Below, in pieces: positions 1 to 10,954 of a stretch of 64,000 bases of DNA (its first letter is position 1; each line of letters begins with the position of its first letter). The translations under genes and the position numbers were made by a program. The notes beneath the pieces were generated by a model, which saw nothing but the letters and a program-made list of their open reading frames with translations, searched no databases and was not told where the DNA came from. The stretch spans positions 30,132,001 to 30,196,000 of the forward strand of contig CATNEN010000038.1 of the NCBI GenBank assembly GCA_950097015.1. Direction: 5' to 3'. Origin of the DNA: Macrostomum hystrix (Eukaryota; Animalia; Platyhelminthes).

Positions 1-37
1 AGGACTGGGGGCGATGTTCACTCATACCCTACTTTGT

Positions 38-170
38 GAGACACACTGTCCACTGACCATCTACTGTAGGAACTGGGAGCTGATGGACCAGACACACTGT
101 CCACTGACTAGACGCACTGTCCACAGATCAGACACACTGTCCACTGACAAGACACACTGTCCACTGACTA
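38..170. repeat. Degenerate short repeat (GACACACTGTCCACTGAC, about 5 copies)
   Basis: The motif recurs with variable spacing; ORF 14-232 (THCPLT) is a by-product. Confidence 0.7.
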
Positions 171-1329
171 GAACTTCAATGGATTTAGAATTATCTTTCG
201 GAATCTTTCAGCCGACAAACATCAGGCTCTAAATATTTCAGCTGCAGTATATTCTCGTATAATATGTAACTGATAGATTCAATGCTGACCATACCTTACT
301 AACTGTGGCTAACTGTCAACAGAGTTTCCTATCTTTTAACCGCTTTTTCGATCACTTCTTTGTGGGTAAATTTCCAAGTAGTTTCTAGCACTGTCTAGCA
401 CCGATATTTATGAGCTAAGCTTAATCAATTATTTACGATAGTACACTATTGCGCATGTAAATTCTTTTCCTTATATCAATTATAAATTGCACGATGCAGA
501 GCCACCAAATTATAATTTGGCCTCGCCTAGGATTCGATCTAGAAAGTCTCCTGCTACTGACGAAAACAGTAGTCATTGAAGCATGAAAACTTAGTATTCG
601 AACAAAAATTCATTACGCAATAATTATAGGCCATATCAAACGATCAAGATCCAAACGATCGATCCAGTTTACTTTGAAATTTGAGATTTTGAAATTTAGA
701 AATTTGCCGAAATCGATCAGTGAGCGTCGAGTCGATGAGAGTCGATGAGAAAATGTATTGACGACAAGAAAAAATACCAAAATAAGTAGTATTGACCGCA
801 AAGTGACTCTTCCTGCTCTTCTGTGCTTCGAGGCTACCTGGCTAGTGTGAACTTGCTAGTGATTTTTTGTTACGCAGTGACGTACCGCATGAGCCTAAAT
901 AAGTGCACCACGCGTGGTGGTGACTTAAGCTAGGCGTGACCAATAAAAAGAAAAGACAGTAAAAAGACGAGCAGGAAGGCCAATGGACAACACAGCTAGC
1001 TCCACTGAGCATTTTTCGTTGCTACGATGCCTCTGAATCACAGATGAACACGCATATGAACAAGCTGCCAAACTTGTGCAGAACTCAAGCTCTTGATTGA
1101 CACGAGTGATAATAAGATGCGCTTAGTAAGAGGGAAGGAGATACAGTACCCAGCAGAAGCATCTCCCTTTGGCTCCATCTATAGCTTGAGCTGTTCAATT
1201 GGACAACTCGGCACGAACGAATCAGTGAATTTCCGGGAACGGAGGAGCCATCCGGGTACTTATAGGACTAGAGAATCTTTTGGATTCTATTCATCGAAGC
1301 GAAAAGCACGACTACTTAAAAATATTGAA

Positions 1330-2088
1330 ATGCAGAACGACCAACTGCAGCAACACGGACCACATCACGCGGCAGGTAGGAATGGTACCTGTCAAAAATA
1401 CGCTACTGCTGATGGAGCGGGAGCCGCAGCGGACTTAGAAGTCGGGCCATCTCATCGACAGACTCAGACTCTGCGAATCGCAGTCCTCGGCGCTCCGGCA
1501 GTTGGCAAGACCAGCCTAGTTCGCCAGTTTGTCCACTGCGATAGACCAGATGTTTACGAGCCGACAGTCAAGCCAATTGTACATAGGCCGACAATCTCAG
1601 TGAACGATCGCACCTACGATACCCGACTAGTTGATTGTCCGCCGTTGGAGTACTTTCCGGAGGACTCGCTACAGGAGTTTGCCAGCTGCTACCGGGGCTG
1701 CGGCCTGCGCTCAGCGACAGCCTACATCCTGGTGTTTGACCTATCGGACGAGCTCAGCTTCCAGTACGTGAGGCAGGTTCGACAACGCCTACTAGACCAG
1801 GGTCTGTGCGCTCCGACACTGGTTGTTGCCAACAAGGCGGACCTGTCCACTGACGCTTCTAGCCGCAGTAAAGAGGCCGGTAAGAGCGGAAGCAAAACTG
1901 AAATTAGTAACATGGTGCGCAAACAATGGAAGTGCCCGTATGTTGAATGCTCGGCTAAATACAACTGGCGAGTGGGCGGTGTGTTTCGCGAATTATTCAA
2001 ACTCATCGAACAGCGAGACTCCGGGCACAGGGCCGCTACAGCTCGGGTGCAGGAGGTGCTTCGCAGGAACCAGTGCAGACTCATGTGA
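1330..2088 (+). CDS. RASL10: RASL10-family (RASL10A/B-like) Ras-like small GTPase, single coding exon
   Basis: G1 GAPAVGKT, RASL10-type G3 DCPP, GLRSATAYILVFD, G4 NKAD, WKCPYVECSAKYNW and C-terminal CaaX RRNQCRLM closely follow RASL10B as I recall it. ATG 1330 is the assumed start; the frame stays open to 1093. Confidence 0.9.
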   Translation: MQNDQLQQHGPHHAAGRNGTCQKYATADGAGAAADLEVGPSHRQTQTLRIAVLGAPAVGKTSLVRQFVHCDRPDVYEPTVKPIVHRPTISVNDRTYDTRLVDCPPLEYFPEDSLQEFASCYRGCGLRSATAYILVFDLSDELSFQYVRQVRQRLLDQGLCAPTLVVANKADLSTDASSRSKEAGKSGSKTEISNMVRKQWKCPYVECSAKYNWRVGGVFRELFKLIEQRDSGHRAATARVQEVLRRNQCRLM

Positions 2089-2504
2089 ACAGCTACATCA
2101 ACGTCCTTTTTCTTATTCTTGTGGTGTTATACTTGTGTATAGTCGTAGTTATTATTGTTCTTTGTAGTTTTGTAAAATTTTCTACTTTTAATCTGTTTCT
2201 TTTATTTCTAAAATTGAACGTGACTTTAAGTTTTCGTACGAAAGGGGCATCGATGAAATTTCTTATGAAGTGTGCTGACGTTTTCGAAGTTTAGAAAAAG
2301 TGTTTGTGAAAAAGCACTCTGTACGAAAGCCTGTATACCGTTGAGGTCCTGTGGCCGTTGACGCCAGCTGCATGTAATTTAGTGTAAAGCTGGTCTTTGC
2401 GTGTAGTTTTGCTTTTCTTAATGACAATGCAACTTACTATGAAGACAGAGGTCAATATCACCAAGAACCAAGGACCACTGTAATACTGTTATACAACAGT
2501 ACTC

Positions 2505-2685
2505 AAGGGAACTACGCTCAGATATTGTGCTCAGGGAAGTGTGCTCAGGGAACTGTGCTCAGGAATTGTGCTCAGGGAACTGTGCTCAGGAATTGTGCTC
2601 AGGGAACTGTGCTCAGGGAAGTGTGCTCAGGGAACTGTGCTCAGGAATTGTGCTCAGGGAACTGTGCTCAGGCAACTGGGCTCAG
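2505..2685. repeat. 13-14 bp minisatellite (GTGCTCAGGGAACT)
   Basis: Tandem copies visible. Confidence 0.9.
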
Positions 2686-3669
2686 ACAACTACAGTTTTG
2701 CTAAGAATCTTCAATAGCTCCAAGGTTGAATATTTAGATTAACCTCTATCGTTCTCTGCTGCAACAAGCGTCCGCTATTGTACCCTGCTAGTCCCAAATC
2801 TGCCCAGCTAGATACGGAAGTTTCAACGTTAAGAGCGAAAATTGAAGAGTGCTTGAAATAGGAGGAAAATATTGTGGCTCAGAATTTTAAGTAGGATTTC
2901 AACCTCATAAAAATGGCGATCGTATCGAGAGAATACTAGAATTAATCTGGTTTAGCAGTCTTGCACCGAATAAAATCCACTTTAATCTTGCAATTCAATG
3001 GTTGCTTAAGTGCAGCTAAGTGCAAGAATGCATGCTGCTTAATCTCAGGTGTCTGGATCATGAATTGTTGAATTAAATTTCCTATTCTAGAGAACTTTTT
3101 CTTCAGAGTTTGAGATGAGTTCATTTTACTCAGAATATTTCGAAATTGTCGCTTATTAAAGTTATTAATAAAAATATCCATTAGGGGATTTCATTTGATC
3201 CATTTACCTTTATCGATAAACTTTTCCTTACAATGGTTCGTTTCCCATAAGCAGCTTCTGATCTGCAACTCGCGGCAGAAGAGATGCAGAAAACGGAATA
3301 AAATCCTGGAAGAGGAATGAGATTCTCAAGTGCAGATGAAGAGCTCAAAAATGTGGCATAATGTCCCCAGGTCTGTGTCTCCGAATCTATAACCATACAC
3401 TGGTCTCGTCGGGGTGGACTCTGAGGAAGAACTGTACCACATCAACGACCGATTCCCAACTGTCAGGGGGAATCTTTTGGACAGCTGTTCGCTTGCTAGA
3501 TCCCAACTTCCTTCCCAGTAACTTCTTTCCCCCTATTCTCACACTCTATCTGGCACTGTCCCTGCTACACTGACACACATGTGCCTTACTCTGCTGGCGA
3601 CACTTCATTCCAAATTTTTCATTAACAAATATGTAATGCCAGACTTGTGGCTTCCCCTCTCACACCCTG

Positions 3670-4710
3670 TCAATCTCCTTCCCATACTCTATCAATCTCC
3701 TTCCCATACTTTATCAATCTCCTTCCCATACTCTATCAATATCCTTCCCATACTCTATCAATATCCTTCCCATACTCTATCAATATCCTTCCCATAATCA
3801 ATATCCTTCCCATACTCTATCAATATCCTTCCCATACTCTATCAATATCCTTCCCATAATCAATATCCTTCCCATACTCTATCAATATCCTTCCCATACT
3901 CTATCAATATCCTTCCCATACTCTATCAATATCCTTCCCATACTCTATCAATATCCTTCCCATACTCTATCAATATCCTTCCATTCTCTATCAATATCCT
4001 TCCCATACTCTATCAATATCCTTCCCATACTCTATCAATATCCTTCCCATACTCTATCAATATCCTTCCCATACTCTATCAATCTCCTTCCCATACTCTA
4101 TCAATATCCTTCCCATGCTCTATCAATATCCTTCCATTCTCTATCAATATCCTTCCCATAATCAATATCCTTCCCATAATCAATATCCTTCCCATACTCT
4201 ATCAATATCCTTCCCATACTCTATCAATATCCTTCCCATACTCTATCAATATCCTTCCCATACTCTATCAATATCCTTCCCATGCTCTATCAATATCCTT
4301 CCATTCTCTATCAATCTCCTTCCCATTCTCTATCAATATCCTTCCCATACTCTATCAATATACTTCCATACTCTATCAATCTCCTTCCCATACTCTATCA
4401 ATATCCTTCCATACTCTATCAATATCCTTCCCATACTCTATCAATCTCCTTCCCATACTCTATCAATATCCTTCCATACTCTATCAATCTCCTTCCCATA
4501 CTCTATCAATATCCTTCCCATACTCTATCAATCTCCTTCCCATGCTCTATCAATATCCTTCCATTCTCTATCAATATCCTTCCCATACTCTATCAATATA
4601 CTTCCATACTCTATCAATCTCCTTCCCATACTCTATCAATATCCTTCCATACTCTATCAATATCCTTCCCATACTCTATCAATATCCTTCCCATACTCTA
4701 TCAATATCCT
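3670..4710. repeat. 22-bp minisatellite (CCTTCCCATACTCTATCAATAT)
   Basis: About 47 near-identical units, C-rich on plus. Confidence 0.95.
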
Positions 4711-5225
4711 TGGGTGTTATTACTATTGAGTTGGGTGTTATGACTATTGGGTTGGGTGCTATGACTATTTGGTTGGGTGTTATGACTATTGGGTTGGGTG
4801 TTATTGGTATTGGGTTGGGTGTTATGGGTATTGGGTTGGGTGTTATGGGTATTGGGTTGGGTGTTATGGGTATTGGGTTGGGTGTTATGGGTATTGGGTT
4901 GGGTGTTATGGGTATTGGGTTGGGTGTTATGGGTATTGGGTTGGGTGTTATGGGTATTGGGTTGGGTGTTATGGGTATTGGGTTGGGTGTTATGGGTATT
5001 GGGTTGGGTGTTATGGGTATTGGGTTGGGTGTTATGGGTATTGGGTTGGGTGTTATGGGTATTGGGTTGGGTGTTATGGGTATTGGGTTGGGTGTTATGG
5101 GTATTGGGTTGGGTGTTATGGGTATTGGGTTGGGTGTTATGGGTATTGGGTTGGGTGTTATGACTACTGGGTTGGGTGTTATGACTATTTGGTTGGGTGT
5201 TACGACTATTGAGTCGGGTGTTATG
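4711..5225. repeat. 21-bp G-rich minisatellite (TGGGTTGGGTGTTATGGGTAT)
   Basis: About 24 units; homogeneous centre, diverged ends. Confidence 0.95.
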
Positions 5226-5922
5226 TATACTTGGTTTTGTGTTGGGCAAGCCAGCAAAATCACAAGCTTAATAGCTCTTTATAAATCCATGTTGTCATAT
5301 AATATTTTTGTTGAATGCAATTAGCTTTAGATGAATATTGTCTGAGGCTGTTATTATCGTAGGTTTTTTCGAAAATGGCAAACTGCTTCGCTGCATGACT
5401 CTACCGGCTTAATGAAGATTTTTCTTAATTCTTTGTTCCGGGGTTTCGCTCCCGGAGGCCCAGAAAATCCCTAGGATTAGAATCTCATCAAATTTGTTGC
5501 TGAGGCATGATCGAAATGACAGGAAGCTGTAGAGACTCGTTTTCCAGAGTAACAATAACCAACTTTACGGTGTTATCGGACTCTAGGTAACGATGCGAGT
5601 ATGCATCCCTACATTGAGTCGAAGTACAGTAGCATTAAATTTATTAATAAATTAATTAACGGCGAAAAGAACTAAAAAAGACAAAATATAATTAATTCTC
5701 TTTTGTTAGGAATTAGTTGCCTAAATAAGGAGAAACACAAAGAAACTAAAAAGAAAGATAGATGAGAGAAAAAAGTGAAATTACATTGCAGTTATTGTAT
5801 TAGTTTTGGGATAAATTTCGGCGAATAACAGAAACTTCGCGCCATTCTACGCCAAGTTAAATCAATTCGTTTCTTGCTAGAAGCTGAAACAGCAAACCCT
5901 AAGTCAGATCAAATCAGACTCT

Positions 5923-6245
5923 CACTGATTGGCCAGTGGGGGGTAGAAGTTGAATTGGACTTGGTAAACTCTGAGCCATATGAAATTAATCCAGGCTGTC
6001 ACTGATTGGCCAGTGGGGGGTAGAAGTTGAATTGGAATTGGTAAACTCTGAGCCATATGAAATTAATCCAGGCTGTCACTGATTGGCCAGTGGGGGGTAG
6101 AAGTTGAATTGGAATTGGTAAACTCTGAGCCATATGAAATTAATCCAGGCTGTCACTGATTGGCCAGTAGGGGGTAGAAGTTGAATTGGAATTGGTAAAC
6201 TCTGAGCCATATGAAATTAATTCAGGCTGTCACTGATTGGCCAGT
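5923..6245. repeat. 77-bp tandem repeat, 4 copies plus a partial
   Basis: CACTGATTGGCCAG starts at 5923, 6000, 6077, 6154 and 6231. Confidence 0.95.
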
Positions 6246-6995
6246 CAGGGATAGAAATAAAAATAGCATACACTGATCCATATCAAATTAATTAGGCTAT
6301 TGCTGACTGGCCAGACTGCACGGGGATAGATATTTTAGATGTCTTGAAGCTGATAAAAATAATACGGCTTTATATATGCCTGGGTTTTACGTTACGTTTA
6401 CCTGGTACCTCGTGTAGTAATTAGTGAGGCAACTTTTCTTGCATTATAAAAATACATTGCGTGTCTAAGGCAAAATTGACGCAACAGGGCAGACTTAATT
6501 AGATATTTTGATTGCTCTGGGATTAAAATGAAAGAGGCAATCTTGGTAAGTAGTCGATTTGTGGGATAAAAAATTTTTTTAAGATCATCAGCAGCGAGTT
6601 TATTCTGAGTTGCCTTTGTCACGCAATTACAAATGATGCTTCCATTTTTTCAGTCCAGTAAAGTAGCTAGTTTTGAGTGACATAGTGTCCTTTCAACAAA
6701 ACTATAATGCTAGTAGATACTGTATAACTTTTATTGATAATTTTATTGATCAATTGACTGTACTCTACTGCTGTCTGGTTAGGCCTGTCTCTGGTTTCTC
6801 GCGGATAAAGGCAAAATTTTTTCATCAGTTTGCATTGCATAGGATATATCAACATCCGTACATTAGGTCATCAAATTTCACTGTTCCTACGTGACAATAA
6901 ATGCTGTCCAAATACTTTCTTTGTGTGACAACCAAAAATACTAATACAAGCTTTAGAAACTAAACTAAATATGCGGTATGCAGTCACTGCTAACG

Positions 6996-7320
6996 GAACA
7001 GGTGACACTCCCCTAACAGTTGACACTCCCCTGTCTAACAGGTGACACTCCCATGTCTAACAGGTGACACTCCCATGTCTAACAGGTGACACTCCCCTGT
7101 CTAACAGGTGACACTCTCTGTCTAACAGGTGACACTCCCCTGTCTAACAGGTGACACTCCTCTGTCTAACAGGTAACACTCCCCTGTCTAACAGGTGACA
7201 CTCCCCTGTCTAACAGGTGACACTCCTCTGTCTAACAGGTGACACTCTCTGTCTAACAGGTGACACTCCCCTGTCTAACAGTTGACACTCCCCTGTCTAA
7301 CAGGTGACACTACCCGTCTA
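6996..7320. repeat. 22-bp minisatellite (AACAGGTGACACTCCCCTGTCT)
   Basis: About 14 tandem units. Confidence 0.95.
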
Positions 7321-8366
7321 AAATGAACAGCAACGAGAGAATTTCAGGCAGTAAATTTGCACATTTTTACGTGACACAGATAATTGTCAGTAATTGAAAT
7401 ACAAATTTATAAAGTTCAGTTCCTAGTTTGTTGTATATTTTGATTCCTTTGAATTCGTTTACAACAGGAGCACACAATTAGAAACTAAGCACAAGGATAA
7501 TAAAAAAGAAGTATAACAGAAACCGTGAACACGTTATGTATAAATAAATATTTTTTTTGCGCCGACTTCCAAACAATCAAACAAAAATTGCACAACAAAA
7601 TACGAGTACAATTTTTATATTTGAATCGACAAACAATTTGTTTAATTGATAACTTACAGTTTTTTTAACGATTTAAATTAGTTAGTTTTTTTCTTCTATA
7701 CAGCGACAATACTAGCGGTAGGTAATTAATAAGTAAACAATGAAAACAAACAAACAAACAAACAAACAAAAACGTTAACAACAAAAATTTGACAAAAAAT
7801 AAATAATGACAATTTTAATGGTAACATTATATAATCTTAAATAAAACTGAGGTACAAAATCAAAGGCGTGGAAAAAAGTGAATAAAATGATGGTCCTGCC
7901 TTGCGTAAAAACAATCAAATCGATTTCCAGAAAAAAAATTCCATAATTTATTGATACTACTGTTCAGAACGAACCAGCGTAAGTAGCATGTGCAGGATAT
8001 GAAATGTTTGTGTCGAGAAAAACACGATGATAAAGCGAATTCTAGATTACAAGCCTAATTAGATCGGTACTTATGACTATACTACTAGCAAGTAGTATTA
8101 CATGATAGAAAACAAGAAAACACAGACAAAATGCATTGAAAACACAAGGTAATAAACAGTACATTGATTCGATGTTTGCCAGGTAAAAAAAAACTAATTA
8201 AATCAATCATTATTGTTTATAACGCTTAATTATAATGACAAATTCATTATTAAATTAGAAGTAATAAAAATGGAAGACTTGAAACAAAACGGAGAAATAC
8301 ATGTAGTATATAGGAAATACAGGTACCTGATAATTAATAGAACACTGATAAACACAAGAATGAATT

Positions 8367-9232
8367 TCAATTCGGATTTCCGCCATAACGCGACGACGCT
8401 GCGGCGGTGCTGTTGTCCCCGACGTCCCTGTTCATGACGTCCACCAACTGGCCCATAGCGCTGCTGACCTGGCCAGCCATGGCAAATAATGAGCTGACAG
8501 AATTCCTGCCAACAGATGTCGGACATGAGTCCGCTAAGCCACCGTTTCTAGTCAGACTGCCGTATAGGCTGGCTGAGTCGCTCTCAGCACCGCTGCCGCC
8601 TCCTCCGCCTCCGCCTCCGGTGTAGCCGCCAACGTACCTGGCCGAGCCGCCGTGCCTGAACAGTACATTGCCGCCAGCCGATGCAGACATTGAGGATTGC
8701 ATCATCATCTGCTGCTGCTGCTGCTGCTGAATGTACTGCAGTTGGCGATGCTGCTGAAGCTGGTGTGACGGTGTTCCGCCGCCAAGGTAGGCAGGCTGAT
8801 GATGCTGGCTGGAATGCGGCTGCAGGGTGGATTCAGAATCAGAGACGCAACCGGAGCTGCCAGCTCGCTGATGATGCGGATGCTGCGGCCTGCCAGCAGC
8901 GGGCAGGGTCTGGACTAGCGGCTGCTGCTGTTGCTGCCTCTGATACGGATGCAGCAAGGCGTGATGCTGCGGCGACGGAGACGGACTCTGACTGCCGCCA
9001 GACTGTGCCAGAAGGTGACGCAGGCGAGACAACTGGCCCTCCAGCTGACGATTGTGATCCTCCAGCAGGGCCATGCGAGCTTCAAGTCGACCCTTGTGAG
9101 CCCGGAGGAGGCGAGCCTCTGCTGCGGCTGCCGCGGCCGCCGTTGATGTCGATGCTGTCGCTGATGCGGCCGATGCTCCAAGTCCAGAGTTGGCTGCCAG
9201 TGAGCGAGCAGGTGTGACTGGAGAGGCTAGTA

Positions 9233-9267
<35 letters not shown>

Positions 9268-9311
9268 ATTCGCTGAGCTGTTGTGTTCGTTTTTAGGCGC
9301 TCGTATTCCGC
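8367..9311 (-). CDS. DMD: Dystrophin last coding exon (coiled coils, C-terminal tail)
   Basis: tag|AEYERLK; [37 protein letters not shown] matches dystrophin helix 2; TGA stop at 8367-8369. Confidence 0.95.
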
Positions 9312-9374
9312 CTATTTGAAGGGTTGCGGTAGATTTGATCTAATAGAATTTCAGTTCACATTGCATTTTTGCTA

Positions 9375-9545
9375 TAGCCAATGGTTCTATGGAAATAGCC
9401 CAAGGTTCTATGGTAATGGCCCAAGGTTCTATGGTAATGGCCCAAGGTTCTATGGTAATGGCCCAAGGTTCTATGGTAATTCGCTAATATTCTATGGTAA
9501 GAGTCTAAGGTTCTATGGTAATGGCCAATGGTTCTATGGTTTCAA
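9375..9545. repeat. 21-bp minisatellite (GGTTCTATGGTAATGGCCCAA), block 1
   Basis: Tandem units; same unit as 10275-10600. Confidence 0.9.
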
Positions 9546-9644
9546 GGTTTTATAATTGTAGGTCAAGGGTTGAATAAGAAACCTAAGAGCGAAGTTATTA
9601 TAAAATTCTAAACCTACTGCTGATGAAAAAAGAAAGGTTTTACC

Positions 9645-9730
9645 TGCTACAGATGGGATTCGAACCCACGCAAGGTTATTAGTCCTACTAAATCTCAAAT
9701 TCAGCGCCCTAACCAATCAGCCGCTGTAGA
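9645..9730 (-). pseudogene. Degenerate type II tRNA, Leu-like body with TGA anticodon
   Basis: Cloverleaf traceable: CTACAG/CTGTAG, CTGAA-TTTGAGA-TTTAG, GTGGG-TTCGAAT-CCCAT, A73, downstream T6. It has a 1:72 mismatch, C8 and several G-U pairs. Confidence 0.7.
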
Positions 9731-10092
9731 AAGTTTTAAAGCAATTAGTTGCCCTGCTTAAATACTCGAACCAATGACCTCCTGAGCAACAGTACAATGT
9801 GACGGACCGTTTTGCCACCTTGACCATAGAAAGCTTAAAGTTCAATTAGAAACGTTTTAAACTGAAAAAAACAATCAAAATGCAGAACAGTACAATGTCT
9901 TCCATATGGACAGCTGAAAAGTCTATTTTTAGCGACACGTACGAGACCGCTATGCTGCTGAAACACTGGAAATCTATTTTTAGTAACAATGTCTGTCCGT
10001 CATTGGAATTTCCAATAAAAATTTACTCGGAAAAATCCGACACCATATTACAGTAACAATAAATAGTACATCAGACAATGCAGACAAGAGAA

Positions 10093-10174
10093 GCCTGCAT
10101 GGCCGAGTGGTTAAGGCGTCAGATTTTAAATCTGGTGGGCTTTGCCCGCGAAGGTTCGAATCCTTCTGCAGGCG
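10093..10174 (+). tRNA. tRNA with Ser-type body and TTA anticodon (ochre-suppressor-like)
   Basis: Acceptor GCCTGCA/TGCAGGC, A box TGGCCGAGTGG, anticodon arm TCAGA-TTTTAAA-TCTGG, variable arm GGGC-TTT-GCCC, T arm GAAGG-TTCGAAT-CCTTC, G73, T6 terminator at 10181-10186. Confidence 0.85.
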
Positions 10175-10274
10175 CAAATGTTTTTTCTTCTCAATCAAGT
10201 TTCAGGTATATATTACTAACTAGTAGTATATAGGCTGAGTGCCTCACCTGTAAGTGTCGATTATCAGCTTCCTA

Positions 10275-10600
10275 AGGTTCTATGGTTATGGCCTAAAGTT
10301 TTATGTTTTTCATGGCCTAAAGTTCTATGTTTTTCATGGCCTAAAGTTCTATGTTTTTCATGGCCTAAAGTTCTATGGTAATGGCCAATTGTTCTATGGT
10401 AATGGCCAATGGTTCTATGGTAATGGCTAAAGGTTCTATGGTAATGGCCTAAGGTTCTATGGTAATGGCCTATGGCTCACTGGTAATGGCCAATTGTTTT
10501 ATGGTAATGGCTAAAGGTTCTATGGTAATGGCCTATGGCTCACTGGTAATAGCCAATTGTTCTATGATAATGACCCAAGGTTCTATGGTAATGGCCAAGA
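10275..10600. repeat. 21-bp minisatellite (GGTTCTATGGTAATGGCC), block 2
   Basis: Tandem units. Confidence 0.9.
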
Positions 10601-10668
10601 TGTTTTTCTTCTCCATTAAGTTTTATGTTTATATTACTAACTAGTAGTATATAGACTGAGTGCCTCAC

Positions 10669-10882
10669 CTGTAAGCGTCGATTCTCAGCTTCCAATTCTC
10701 GCATCTGTTCGGTCCTGTCGGTCTGGGGCAGCGAGAACGGCGGTTGCGGACTCTGCGGCAGGAGAGGCGACGAAGTGGCGGCCGCGGCTGCTGCGGCGGC
10801 TGCAGCAACGGAATTGGCGATGGCGCTTTGACGCTGACGAAGTGTGCCAGCGTAGGCGGCGATCAGGGAGTGCTCATCGTCA
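10669..10882 (-). CDS. DMD: Dystrophin exon (syntrophin-binding region to coiled coil 1)
   Basis: ttcag|..DDEHSLIAAY..ELEAENRRLQ|gtgag; phases 2/0. Confidence 0.93.
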
Positions 10883-10954
10883 CTGAACAATGGGATCAGG
10901 AAAGAGTATATTATGGTGACTTCATCGAGCAGGGGGACTTTTTTGCGGAAATTC

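Noticed and set aside
1093-1329. Extra 79 N-terminal codons of the RASL10 ORF
   Set aside because: Starts at TTG and has no recognisable similarity; treated as probable 5' UTR, although ATG 1117 cannot be excluded.
4711-5225. Telomere-like repeat
   Set aside because: The unit is 21 bp, lacks TTAGGG and is interstitial.
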